63,150 bases of DNA, filler included, from Bigelowiella natans CCMP2755 (GCA_000320545.1; 6 parts of 6 records of this genome joined end to end with filler, not necessarily neighbours in it), one strand, 5' to 3'. Shown: positions 24,363-36,175, numbered from the whole stretch's first letter. Notes: a model not told the origin generated them from the sequence alone. Numbers and translations are program-made.

Positions 24363-27300
24363 ATGTCACAGCAGCTAGAAGAACAGCAGGACTTTGGCTC
24401 GCAGGCCGTGCAAGGGCACGAGCAGAAACAGGAAAGGAAGGGCGATACGGACGCTAAGGAAGGAGGAGGAACACCTCCACAGGCACCGCCGGGACCAGCA
24501 CCCGGGATTAAGAAAGCAGATGCAGCAGCAGAGGCACTGGAGAACTTCTACGAGGCGGACGACGAGGACGTGGCCGCCGAAAGCAAGAAGGTCGTAATGG
24601 CATTACGAGCCTTGCGACCCAGGGCGAGCAACTACGCCAAACTGAAAGTATCGATAGAATACAAGTATCAGACACATGATGTTTGGGCAGCTATCATGCA
24701 GACATCATGGATTACGAAGCAGACTTACCTCCAGAGTGGGCAGCTTTGTTTAGGAACGACGGGGGTCTGGGCGCCTCGCGGGGGACGACCCAGAGCACCG
24801 TCAAGCAGCAGCAGCCGGTACAGCGGAACACCCAGTTCATGTCTGTTAAAACAGCACCGGTTATGATAACGAAATACAACGGGAAAAGAGGTGAGGCAAG
24901 GAGGTGGTGGAAGAACGCTAGGAGTATACTCTGCGACTTTACCCCTAACCCCACCGAAACGACAAGCTCAAATGGCTAGCTATAATAAAGCAAGCCATGG
25001 ACCTTTACGAGACAGGCAGGACCCGGATCAGGCAGCTGGAGAAAATACACACTACAGTTAGTGGGCTACGAGACGTTGAGGCGATAATGAAGGCTTTTGT
25101 AAATGAACAGGATGCTAACTCCCTACCCCAGGCTATTAGAAAATACAGAGCAATGATGCAGCATGAGAGAGAACCTGTTAGAGACTTTGCCACGCGCTTC
25201 CAGGATATGATCGACGAACTACATGATTTTAATTACAACACAGGTGATGATCAGGCAAGGTTTGAAGAGTTCAAGTTAAAGATAAAGGAATCCACTTACG
25301 TTACGGAGAAAGGCTACACCACGATGGAGGCAGCAGTGCAGGCTATATCCCTACGCGAGCAGGAGCAGGACCGCAAGTTTACCAGCCCTAAGGTACCTGG
25401 CATAGGAAACATTAACGCTATTAAGCCGCAGCGAGACTGGTACAAGGACAGGGAAGGTAACCGACGTTGCGGATACTGCTCACGTAAAGGGAAACACACC
25501 GCTAAAGACTGCAGAGACAGGAAAGAAGGACGACCCAGGATGACGATCAGGCAGCTCAACGAACACTACGAGAAGTTAAAGAGAAAGAAAGGCAGAGGAC
25601 AAGGATATAACAACAGCAAATGGCAAGGCAGCAACAACGGGAAGAACAATAAATATAAGAACAAGAAGCAGAACAGTATCAATGCTATACAGCAGCAGAT
25701 AAACGGAATATTAGATCACCTTAAGCAGGCGCCGACGAAGACAGCAGTACCAGCAACGCAGGACCAAGACAAGCCCATGACCCTAGACGACATAAAGAAC
25801 TTAGGAGTATGCAACATTAATGACGAAGACGCTAACAGGACTATCAAAGTTGCTATGACCAAGGTTAAAGTTAAAGACAGCTACGGAGACTACAAGAAAC
25901 TACTGCCCTTTGGGATAGTGGCAGCATGCCGAAGTCCTTCATAAGCCTAAGCACAGTAAGAAGGTTAGGACTATTGGATCAAGTGACTAAGAAAGAACGT
26001 AAATATGCTCAAGCAGACGGAAGCTCTTCCATGAAGACCGTCGGTGAGCTAATGCTAAAGCTACAGATACCTGGCAGCGACGCGGAGACCCAAATCAAGA
26101 CCCGAGTAGCCATGACTTTATCCATGGAACTACTCCTCGGACAGGATGCCCTAGAAAAATTAGGGGGGATCATATCATTCTACAATCACAAGATATACTT
26201 TGCTAAGTTGCCAAAGAAGTCAGGCAGGACCATCAGCCAGAACATGATACGGCTTGACGAGTGGACCTCTGAGTCAAGCGTTAATGCGTTAGAGTTTATG
26301 GACCTAGCGGACAACAAGCTACCTACACCTACCGAGCTACGGAAGAAGAACCCCGGCAAGACCATCCGACAGATAACGGAGCTACTGGACAAGACCCCCC
26401 CAGCTGATGATTGGGATATCGACAAAGGCAAAAAGTACATTAATAAAATATTAAACGAGAAGTACTCTGACATCACCAAGCCGACGACGAAGCCCTCCAG
26501 CAAGCTTACCCCAGTAAAGATCGAGCTAAAGAAGGGATACGAAGAGTGCATCATCAATGACCCAGAACATAGGCGACCGGAAGCGGACTGGGAAAAGATA
26601 GAGTGGCAGATCAATGAATGGGCAAAGGAAGGGAAGATAGAGCCAAGCAACTCACCATGGAACGTGAGACATGTGCTAGCTAAGAAACCTACTTACCCTT
26701 TCTTCCGCCTGGCGCACAACTTCATCCGCCACAACCGAGTAATAAAGAGGATCCAGACACCTACACCAAGGATAGATGACGTTATTGAACACGTCATAGG
26801 ATACAAATACTACTCTTCCCTAGATAAAAATGAATCATACATGCAGACACCCATCCACAAAACCTCCCGCCCCATTACCGCGTTCTCCAGCAGGCACAGG
26901 AAGTGGCACTTCGTCGTATTCCCTTACGGCCTAAGCATATCAGGGGATGCGTTCAGTAGTCAGAACTACAGGGCATACACACATGATGGGATGGCGTCTG
27001 TGTTGTGGGTGTTTGTGTTTGTGTATGTGGATGATGACATAATATGTACCAACACAGTCGTCGCTCAGATCTTCCTCCTGGAAAATATATTTATTAGGTT
27101 TGCACACTTCGGTTTTACTATTAGACTGCAGAAGTGTACATTCCTAGCTACAAGAATCAAGTGGTGTGGATATTACCTGGAGCAAGGCCGCATCACCCCA
27201 AACCCCGAGAAAGTAGCAGCACTACAGCAAGCCCCTAAACCTAAGAATGCAAAGGAGTTAAAGTCATTCTTGCAGACTGCAGCTTGGATACTACGTAGGT

Positions 27301-29333
27301 TCTCCCCTACCTACGCTAGGACTGCAGCTGCTTTTACTACTGCTTACCGGAAGGAGAACTCTGTAGGCCTCAGCTTCGCTAAGGTGTGGGCCAAGGCTGG
27401 CCTTGATGCCCACTTCGATAACCTAATAAAGTTATGCAGCAACACCCTATTGAATGCTAAGCTAGACACTACTAGACCAGCTACCCTATGGACAGACTGG
27501 TCTAAGCTAGGTATGGCTGCTGTACTTACCCAAGACCAGCAGATCATACGGGTGTGGGGCAGGGCCTGCACAGCAGCTGAGGCCAAGTACAGCCCTACAA
27601 AAGGAGAGTATAAAGCCATGACTGAGGCGCAGAGGAAACTAAGATACTACCTGCTGTCGGTGCCCAGCTTCACCTTAATGACTGACCACAAGCCCCTCCT
27701 AGGCATCAACCGCAAGCTCGAAGCGCCTAACGATGAGTATGCAGCTATGAGGGCGGACACGGAAGAGTTTAGGAACAAGAGGACAGTGGTCTACGCACCA
27801 GGAGACAAGCAGCTTGCTGACTATTTCAGCAGGCTGTTCGAAAAGAAAGTCCCTACCCAGGTCACCCCTATGGTTAACGCGATTACCTTCGAGGACGGCG
27901 ACTTCCTGCCTGAGCCAGAGGAGCTCCAGCACCTTCAAGAACACCTGGATAAATACAAACACAAGCATGAGGTACTTAGTGATAGGATATATGTATACAC
28001 TAATAATGTTAGGCGTACCTACGTGCCACGGCGGACCAGGGGAGCCCTTCTCTTTACCGCCCATGGACCTGCACACGTAGGAGAAAACCATATCACTGCT
28101 CTACTCTACCATTACTACTGGCCCTACAAGCTAAAAGAGATAAGGACATACCTGCGTGGCTGCAGGTGCTCCAGCTTGAAGGCGGCAGGTGTCGCCACCA
28201 AGGAGTCCAGCAAGAGCCGTGCATCTAAGAAAATCAAAGCAAGGAACTTCTTAGATATCGTGCAAATTGATGTTTATAAGTACGATGGCTATCACTACCT
28301 TACCTTCGTTGATGTGGCCACTGGAAAGTGCTGGGTTAAAAAGATTATCAAGGTCAACGTTGCTAAGAAGAACAAAGGCTTATATAAGCAGAGGCTTACT
28401 AACTGCTACCGTACCTGGGAGTCTGAGCTCCAGGCTATCCCTGATGAAGTTAGCATAAACAAGATACCAAAGAAATTACATGTGGATAATGAGACCTCTC
28501 TTCTACAGCTACCACACCCTAATATTGATGCCTCACCTGTATACTATGCCCAGTCCAACTCCAAGGTAGAGCGACTCCACCGCACCTTGGCCAACCTAAG
28601 CAGGATAAATAGCACCACACCAGACAAGATACAAGGGTTAGTAAACGACACCTTCACGTCTGGGGGAGGTATCAAGGATAAGGAGAGGGAAGAAGGCGAC
28701 GACAACGACGACGATACCGAGAGCGAAGACGAGAAGGTCCCGTACGATGGCCGAGTTCTAAAGGAAGGACAGTATGTTAGGGCCAAGGTAAATCTGAGAT
28801 CGAGAAATAAACAAGACCCCTTCTGGGGTGGCGTTGCAAAGGTTACCGAGAGGAAGGGGAGGAAGCAGTACTACATCTATGATGGGAACAGGGTCACCTT
28901 GCGCCACATCAGTCACCTAAAGAATTATGATATCGGTGAGAAGCTCCTAGAGGATGTTAAAGTAAACCCTACTGTGTGGGAGCGAGCCATGCCTTGTTTA
29001 GGACCCCGACCTAAGTTCGATGTGGAATATGGAAATAATAAGGTCAGGGTGAACGACGATTGGCGCATGAAGATTGTCTATCTAGGCTACCCTGGATTAC
29101 GAAATATGGAGAGGGTAGCTATGAAAATAAAGGACGGAAAATATCAGCTACTCTACCTAGCTGTTCCCGACTTACCCTTTGAGCACTGGTATAAGGTCCT
29201 GGGGGACCTTGATGCAGAGGGCTGGGATGGACACGAACCTAAGGACGAAGGTGAGTTCTGGGTAAGCGACAAAGGAGATAAGGTTAGAGAGGAATCTATT
29301 ACCTGGTGGTTGGTGAAGTTCCGAAAGCGATAA
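24363..29333 (+). CDS. Gag-Pol polyprotein (~1657 aa if three -1 frameshifts at ~24698, ~24958, ~25899 are corrected)
   Basis: Zn knuckle CGYCSRKGKHTAKDC; protease ALWDSGS (D at 25914); RT YVDD (27024); RNase H WTDWS..E..TDHKPL..ADYFSR; integrase H-H-C-C and D(28269)-D(28485)-E(28569); GPY/F-like module; extra C-terminal domain. Confidence 0.93.
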
Positions 29334-29376
29334 AGGTCTAAGGGAATAAGGAAGGAAGGAAGGAGCAACGTGACTT

Positions 29377-29384
29377 GGGGGAGG
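29377..29384 (+). promoter_or_regulatory. Polypurine tract
   Basis: GGGGGAGG abutting the TG of the 3' LTR; also present in copy 2 (35177-35184, minus). Confidence 0.85.
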
Positions 29385-29710
29385 TGTAGTGCGTACTACT
29401 ACGCGAGCACAAGTCACGTGCGACAACAAAGGGGTTGTCGCGGATATAGAATATAGATAACGTAGATATTAATACAGTATAGGCACGTGGGTTCCGGCGG
29501 GACTCATGGCAGCACACCGGAAGTGTGCTGCCCCACGTGCGGCGGCATTCGCGAAAGCTTCGCGAATGATTACGCAGTGCACGATTTAATAAAAATATAA
29601 TCTTTAATAAAAATAAACACAACTCTTCAAAAGGAAGCAAACGTGCCTTTCCCCCCCCCTGCCTACTTGTGCACGTAGCGCCTCGGCCTGTGAACACCTT
29701 ACGCGCAACA
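29385..29710 (+). repeat. 3' LTR of Gypsy copy 1
   Basis: 326 bp; differs from the 5' LTR at 4 transitions; followed by CATG. Confidence 0.95.
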
Positions 29711-31269
29711 CATGCGTGCATGCGCGTCAGTCAATTTGCCAATTTGGGAGGCGTGTTGATGCTCCCATGTTCGCGCAAGTTTGACATGCATGTAGTCAAC
29801 ATGCAAGCGAGCATGAACCGAGGAAATTAGCAAATTAACTGTGCACGTAGCAGCAGGTGAAGCGGCACAGATGCGACAAGCATTGCCGTGACGCTTCAGC
29901 CTGCCGCGACAAGGAATGCACACGCATGTCGCACGACAAGGACTAGCCTTGTCGCGGCCTAGAAACCCAATGCAATCACGTGTGACTGATGACAAGCTTG
30001 ACACTTGTCAGAGGGCGGTCAACCCTCGCATGATGACCTCACAGTTCAATCTGAACACCGCTACCTGCTCGTTTGCTAGCTTTTGCTCACTGCGCGCACA
30101 TCGCACCGCACCCAGCCCTCCAACAGCATTGAGGGAGCACATTCAACGGTGTCCCATCTGCAGGGTGCCTGTCACAGGTTTCACTGTGGTTTGCAATCTG
30201 CAACCCCCACCAGCATGGCTAGACAGCTTGAGGCTGATGAATGGCCACCACTCAGAATGGCACGCGCATGCGCACGTGGTCGCTCAGTAGCGTGCACAAT
30301 GGACATGCATGCATGTGATTGAGACGAATGCAACAGCGACATTGAACGATCATTGATTTTCCAGATCATTGTTTGATCACACAATGGCCATTCCTGAGTT
30401 CAGCCATGCAAAGCAGCGGCTACAGCTAGCTAGACAGCGCTCAAATTGTGCACTGCTAGACTGTGATTCTTCTTTCTTTTGTGATGTCTTTCATGATTTT
30501 CGCATGCATGATGACCAGATGATCGCAGAGTAGCAGACACCTCTCCTAGAACTGCACACCAGCATGGCTAGCAGCTAGCTCTGGAGCTAACTAACAGACA
30601 CAACCAGTTCAAACCTGCGCATATGTGCATATGTGGATGGCATGCCAGGTTTCGTGGGTTTCAAATGAAATTTTGGGACCCATGCCATGCGCACAACTCG
30701 CCTCTCTAGCTCCTGCGCGCTGCAGTCAAGTGTTGCCGGGTTCATTGACCGCGAGTTGTGCATGAATACTAGACTAGATGACCCACAACTAGGTGAAAAC
30801 CGGGAATTCTCATGGTTGAGATGGCGGATGCCGCCGCATTTTGCTGCATCTTTTGCGCTGTCGCGCGCGCGCACAATGTCTGTCGCATGAACTCGTGCAC
30901 TTTGCATTTGCAATTCACATTTGCAATGATGACAGCAACGACATCAATCACAGCAATGTCTAGACATCACAGACACAACCTTTTGACATCTCTAGATCTT
31001 CCCGTTGTGCATGCAAGGAATCCCGCAGTCTTCAGAACGATGGCATGCGCGTTGATGGAACCAACATGTTGAAGTGCTAGAGTGGGAAAATGATCACACA
31101 TACTCATGCAGAGATAGAGACCAAGTTGACAGCATCAGAAACGAGTAAATATGTGTAGCTAGCTAGTTCTAAAATGTCATTCGGAAGGTGTCTAAATGTT
31201 ACACTCACACTCAGCTGCAAATTGGATCGTGAAAAAACCGCTAAAGCATGAAAATATCAAAAGTGGGAG

Positions 31270-31894
31270 TCAATGCACTCGATTGATGGTTCGTTCGTAG
31301 GGCGCAGCAATCGGTATCGCCTCCCACTTGCGTTTCTTGCTCTTACTTGGGGGGATCAGCTTTCTCTCGCGTCTCTTCGTTTTCCTTGCTTGTAGGAATC
31401 GTAACTTAGGCCGTCCAGATTTGGCACTAACGGTATGGCCAGCCTCCTTTCCATCTTCATTAGATGGTATTCCATTGTCGGGGAAACCAGGGTGTTGGCG
31501 AAGATTCTCACTGCTTGTGTTTAGGCTGTTTGTGGATGTAGGCTTCCACGCTTTTCCATCCTGGACAATGTCTTCCGCCCAAATGCTATCATTATTCTCA
31601 TCTGTGCATGAGTACGTCCTCTGCTCATAAAGGACTCCATCGTGCAGCTTGGCTGCATGTGGCAATGCATCTTCTTCATCTGTCGCATCATCGTCTGGAA
31701 ACTGCTTGTTGGCAACTACATCAGCCAGAAATTTAAGTATTGTGGTCTCGGGATCCTCCTCAAACTCTTCGCCTTCTGCTGCACGGGGCTTCTCTTGTAG
31801 AGAGAGGTCTGTTAGTCCCAGTTTGAAGTGTCCATCTGACAGCTGCTCAGCCTACAAGCATAAGGAGAAAGATTTTGAACAATATATACATACA

Positions 31895-31948
<54 letters not shown>

Positions 31949-32072
31949 GAAGGGGGAGGGGGAGGGGGGGGGATATAGACTATACAGCGAGGAGTACCTC
32001 CTGGCGAATGAAAGCAACCAGACGCTCTCTTTCCTTCACTTCTGAGTTGGCTGGCGATTGCTCGCTTGACAT
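31270..32072 (-). CDS. Hypothetical two-exon protein (acidic middle, basic NLS-like C-terminus)
   Basis: Exon 32072-31998 (MSSEQ..FIRQE), GT-AG intron with a (TA)n tract, exon 31851-31270 in frame to the stop. Confidence 0.55.
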
Positions 32073-33524
32073 CGAAGGTGGGGCGGGTTTGTGGGAGGGG
32101 CGGGGGGGCGTCCTGAAGAATGAGTAGGATCTTCGAGATACTTGCGCGGAGGGCCTTTTCGGACCTCGATGGGTGCGTGGGTTGGTGGGTGGGTAGGCCG
32201 GGCGGGGGTCTGGGGAAAGGTATCTCCCTCTCTCCTTCCTCTCAAGATCTCCAGCAGTTATGTGGCGAGAGCAGATCTGGAGGACGGCGCAGCTGGGAAG
32301 ATCATGCCTCTGCCAGCTGTGGGTGTAGTCTGCTGCCGCGACTTGGGACGGCGACAAGCACCGAGAAACCAAACGCGGGGGAATGAACGCAGCCTGCCCT
32401 CCTCTCGAAGGCAGAATATTAACCGAGATAGATGCGCCATCAGCAGGGAAAGAAGAAGAAGAAGGAGAAGAAGGAGAAGAAATATGTACAGCACACCCCG
32501 CCAGAAGCAGGCAGCCCGGCCAGCATCAGACTCTCTGCGATGCGTTTGGAAAACTACGTTTCCCGTGCAATTTATGTGATTATTATAGAAAAAAGTTGTC
32601 GTTACATTAGAATGTAATGAAAATTCCTATTCGTCGGGATGCCAAAAAGTAAGGCGCACCGGGGAGTTGTGAGGGCGGTGAGGATTGGGGACTTGTGAGA
32701 GGTTGGCGAATTTGTGACTATTTCCGGGTCTTTTCGATCATCCTTGCTTCGAAAGGCCTGGGGTTGATTGTCGTACCAAGTCGTTACGCCTTCATCAAAA
32801 TATCTCAGTTCGATGCTCGGGCGCAAATCACCTAAAAATGTTGGTTTTGCTTGGAGGGTATGCGTTGCTCATCTACAGCAGAGATTCTCTTATCAACATT
32901 GCGTTTGTTTTTACATTGCGACTTGAAATATTTAGGAAATGCGTCCAGGAGAAAAGCTCATTGATCGCTTTGCAAAGTGGGATTATTGTCAAGGAAAGAG
33001 ATGAAATTTCATGATGACGACAACACAATTCGACGCATTCTGGAAAAATCGACATTTTGAAAGCACTCCCTTTTCAAGAGTTTTCCAGAGTTGAGGAGAA
33101 AATTTCAAAGAGGAAATCACTTGCTTTCTCTTCGGATTGTAGATAGGTATTTTCACCTTATTGGAGATTCATGGGTATGGAATGGATGAAGAACATTCTT
33201 GAAGAACAGAAAGAAAATTCTGAGTTCGGAGAAAAAAAGGTTTTCTGTAAAATGAAGGCGATTTTGTCAATCAGGAAAAATAATCATCAGTCTCATATGA
33301 TATTTGATATAGTTCAAAAATAATAAAACAGATAAAATTATAATATAACGACACGATAAATATCCAAATACGTCTAAATATTAGCAAGAAATGAATTTAT
33401 GCTTTACTCATTATAAGTCTGAAAGACTCTTCAATAAACTCAGCAACCGCAGACGAAAGCCCTTTGGTGTTGTCATCACAAACCATAACTCGAAAGCAAC
33501 CTTTCCCTTCCACCCTCCAAACTA

Positions 33525-34400
33525 ATGTTCAGCCAATTCGACAATGAAAGATTCTCAGAGGTTAATGATGGGGATATGGGGCTTGGTGGAAAAGCCATGC
33601 TTGGAAAACCACATTTTCACTTCAATCCACACTCGAACAAGAGGAATCACAAGAGCTGCAATGCATCTGTTGACGTTTCAAATGATCTAAAAACACGGCC
33701 ACACTTTATTTCGAGCCCTAAGGAAGCGCCCACAGCAATGTCAAGTGGACTCTCTATTCCAGGCCTCGGACTAAGATCAGTGTTCACTGGGCCTCCAACA
33801 ATTGTGCCGCGTGCGACTAGCGCACCCGTTCAACCAGTTTACCGTAGCCTCAGCGGCGTAGTACCTAGTGGTGGCATCATTTATAGGAGCGCACCTACCT
33901 TGTCTCCAAAGGTTACACCACGCCCATTGCCAGCGTTCTTCGAAAAGAACACATCCTTCTCCTCTTCACGACCAGCTACACATATTTTTCGTGCATTGGA
34001 ATCTTCATTGCAGAAGTATAGCATAGTCATGAAACCAGAAAAGGCAAAAATAAAAGGTGAAGCTCAAATCATGGGACAGCCAGTTAAGTTCCATGTTCAC
34101 GTGTTTCAGAAAAAGGATGGAAACCATCTCATTGAATTCCAACGTCGCTCCGGAGATTCTTGTGGATTCTGGTATCTGTTCCGAGATGTGATGCAGGGCC
34201 TTTCCACCGATCTTGCCGATGCAGCTGCCTTTGTTAAGAACAATGGATGTGATTCGCGCTATAGCCTATACAAGAACTTTTGGGAGAAGTCCAGTGCCCC
34301 AAACTCAATTAGTACCTCAACGGATTCGTCAACTGTCGCTGATTTTCTGTCGAAGCGACTCGCTGCCTCTTTAATAACCGAAAATGAATCAGAGTGGTGA
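33525..34400 (+). CDS. Intronless 291-aa protein with KA1/Chk1-C-terminal-like domain, no kinase domain
   Basis: TSFSSSRPATHIFRALESSL..VKFHVHVFQ..HLIEFQRRSGDSCGFWYLFRDV resembles KA1 folds of AMPK-related/Chk1/CIPK kinases. Confidence 0.7.
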   Translation: MFSQFDNERFSEVNDGDMGLGGKAMLGKPHFHFNPHSNKRNHKSCNASVDVSNDLKTRPHFISSPKEAPTAMSSGLSIPGLGLRSVFTGPPTIVPRATSAPVQPVYRSLSGVVPSGGIIYRSAPTLSPKVTPRPLPAFFEKNTSFSSSRPATHIFRALESSLQKYSIVMKPEKAKIKGEAQIMGQPVKFHVHVFQKKDGNHLIEFQRRSGDSCGFWYLFRDVMQGLSTDLADAAAFVKNNGCDSRYSLYKNFWEKSSAPNSISTSTDSSTVADFLSKRLAASLITENESEW

Positions 34401-34772
34401 GATGCTATTAGGTGAGATGCCATTAGCGTCTTTGTCATCGTTAAATTAGAAGACTTTAAAACGAGACAATTATCCCAAAACACTGTAAAAATTAGATTAT
34501 CATTCGATTTAGCTGCTGGCCATTGATCGCCAAGCAAAACAAGTAGTGTGTGCACTTTGATGCTGCACACTGAAATCTAGACCTTTAATACACCGTAAAA
34601 ACACGCTCAAATTCATTGTGAATGCGTGGTTCTGCGGCTGCGCCGTTGACTAGTTAGACATCAATGGCGCCATCATTCTAGCATTGCAAATCCTAGTAGT
34701 GCTAGAGCGGTGCGTAATCGTTGTGCAGCGTCGTGGCCCTGGCCTAGCGTGCACAACGCTGCACAGCACTAG

Positions 34773-34815
<43 letters not shown>

Positions 34816-34850
34816 TACACTAGCACAACAGCAGTATCTAATCAGCGCCA

Positions 34851-35783
34851 TGTTGCGCGTAAGGTGTTCACAGGCCGAGGCGCTACGTGCACAAGTAGGC
34901 AGGGGGGGGGAAAGGCACGTTTGCTTCCTTTTGAAGAGTTGTGTTTATTTTTATTAAAGATTATATTTTTATTAAATCGTGCACTGCGTAATCATTCGCG
35001 AAGCTTTCGCGAATGCCGCCGCACGTGGGGCAGCACACTTCCGGTGTGCTGCCATGAGTCCCGCCGGAACCCACGTGCCTATGCTGTATTAATATCTACG
35101 TTATCTATATTCTATATCCGCGACAACCCCTTTGTTGTCGCACGTGACTTGTGCCCGCGTAGTGGTACGCGCTACACCTCCCCCAAGTCACGTTGCTCCT
35201 TCCTTCCTTCCTTATTCCCTTAGACCTTCATCGCTTTCGGAACTTCACCAACCACCAGGTAATAGATTCCTCTCTAACCTTATCTCCTTTGTCGCTTACC
35301 CAGAACTCACCTTCGTCCTTAGGTTCGTGTCCATACCAGCCCTCTGCATCAAGGTCCCCCAGGACCTTATACCAGTGCTCAAAGGGTAAGTCGGGAACAG
35401 CTAGGTAGAGTAGCTGATATTTTCCGTCCTTTATTTTCATAGCTACCCTCTCCATATTTCGTAATCCAGGGTAGCCTAGATAGACAATCTTCATGCGCCA
35501 ATCGTCGTTCACCCTGACCTTATTGTTTCCATATTCCACATCGAACTTAGGTCGGGGTCCTAAACAAGGCATTGCTCGCTCCCACACAGTAGGGTTTACT
35601 TTAACATCCTCTAGGAGCTTCTCACCGATATCATAATTCTTTAGGTGACTGATGTGGCGCAAGGTGACCCTGTTCCCATCATAGATGTAGTACTGCTTCC
35701 TCCCCTTCCTCTCGGTAACCTTTGCAACGCCACCCCAGAAGGGGTCTTGTTTATTTCTCGATCTCAGATTTACCTTGGCCCTA
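34851..35783 (-). mobile_element. Gypsy copy 2 (3' LTR 34851-35176, PPT and pol 3' end; remainder lost in gap)
   Basis: Reverse complement of 28778-29710 with 8 substitutions (4 internal, 4 in the LTR). Confidence 0.96.
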
Positions 35784-35883
35784 NNNNNNNNNNNNNNNNN
35801 NNNNNNNNNNNNNNNNNNNNNNNNNNNTTAATTAATTAANNNNNNNNNNNNNNNNNNNNNNNNNNNNNNNNNNNNNNNNNNNN
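35784..35883. other. Assembly gap / artificial linker
   Basis: N-TTAATTAATTAA-N. Confidence 0.98.
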
Positions 35884-35983
35884 CCTAATCAGTAGAATAC
35901 AAAATAATTGTAATAATATCCAGTAAGTAGCAGTTTTAGTTGTAGCTAGATCACGATTTTATGACGTTGGCCTTTAAATACAG

Positions 35984-36142
35984 GAGATGTTTCATTTTAT
36001 GGAACGAGAATCAAAGATTAAGTCAGGAAAGAAGCTTGCAATTAAATTGAATGGGCATGTAGAGTTCAGAAACGTCTATTTCACCTACCCTACTCGTCCC
36101 AACGTGCCAGTGCTCACAGTAAGAACAAGAGGAAGAAGAAGA

Positions 36143-36175
<33 letters not shown>

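Larger units (their letters stand above)
23998..29710 (+). mobile_element. Near full-length Ty3/Gypsy LTR retrotransposon (copy 1)
   Basis: 326-bp TG..CA LTRs at 23998-24323 and 29385-29710 (4 mismatches), PBS, PPT and gag-PR-RT-RH-IN domain order. Confidence 0.97.

Noticed and set aside
291-29333. Pol eta, JmjC and the Dam-like domain as a functional gene cluster
   Set aside because: Ordinary housekeeping genes and a TE on different contigs; no evidence of clustering.
35052-35075. Hammerhead-like ATGAGTCC-CGCC-GGAA in the LTR minus strand
   Set aside because: Lacks the CUGANGA and GAAA core nucleotides in the required arrangement.
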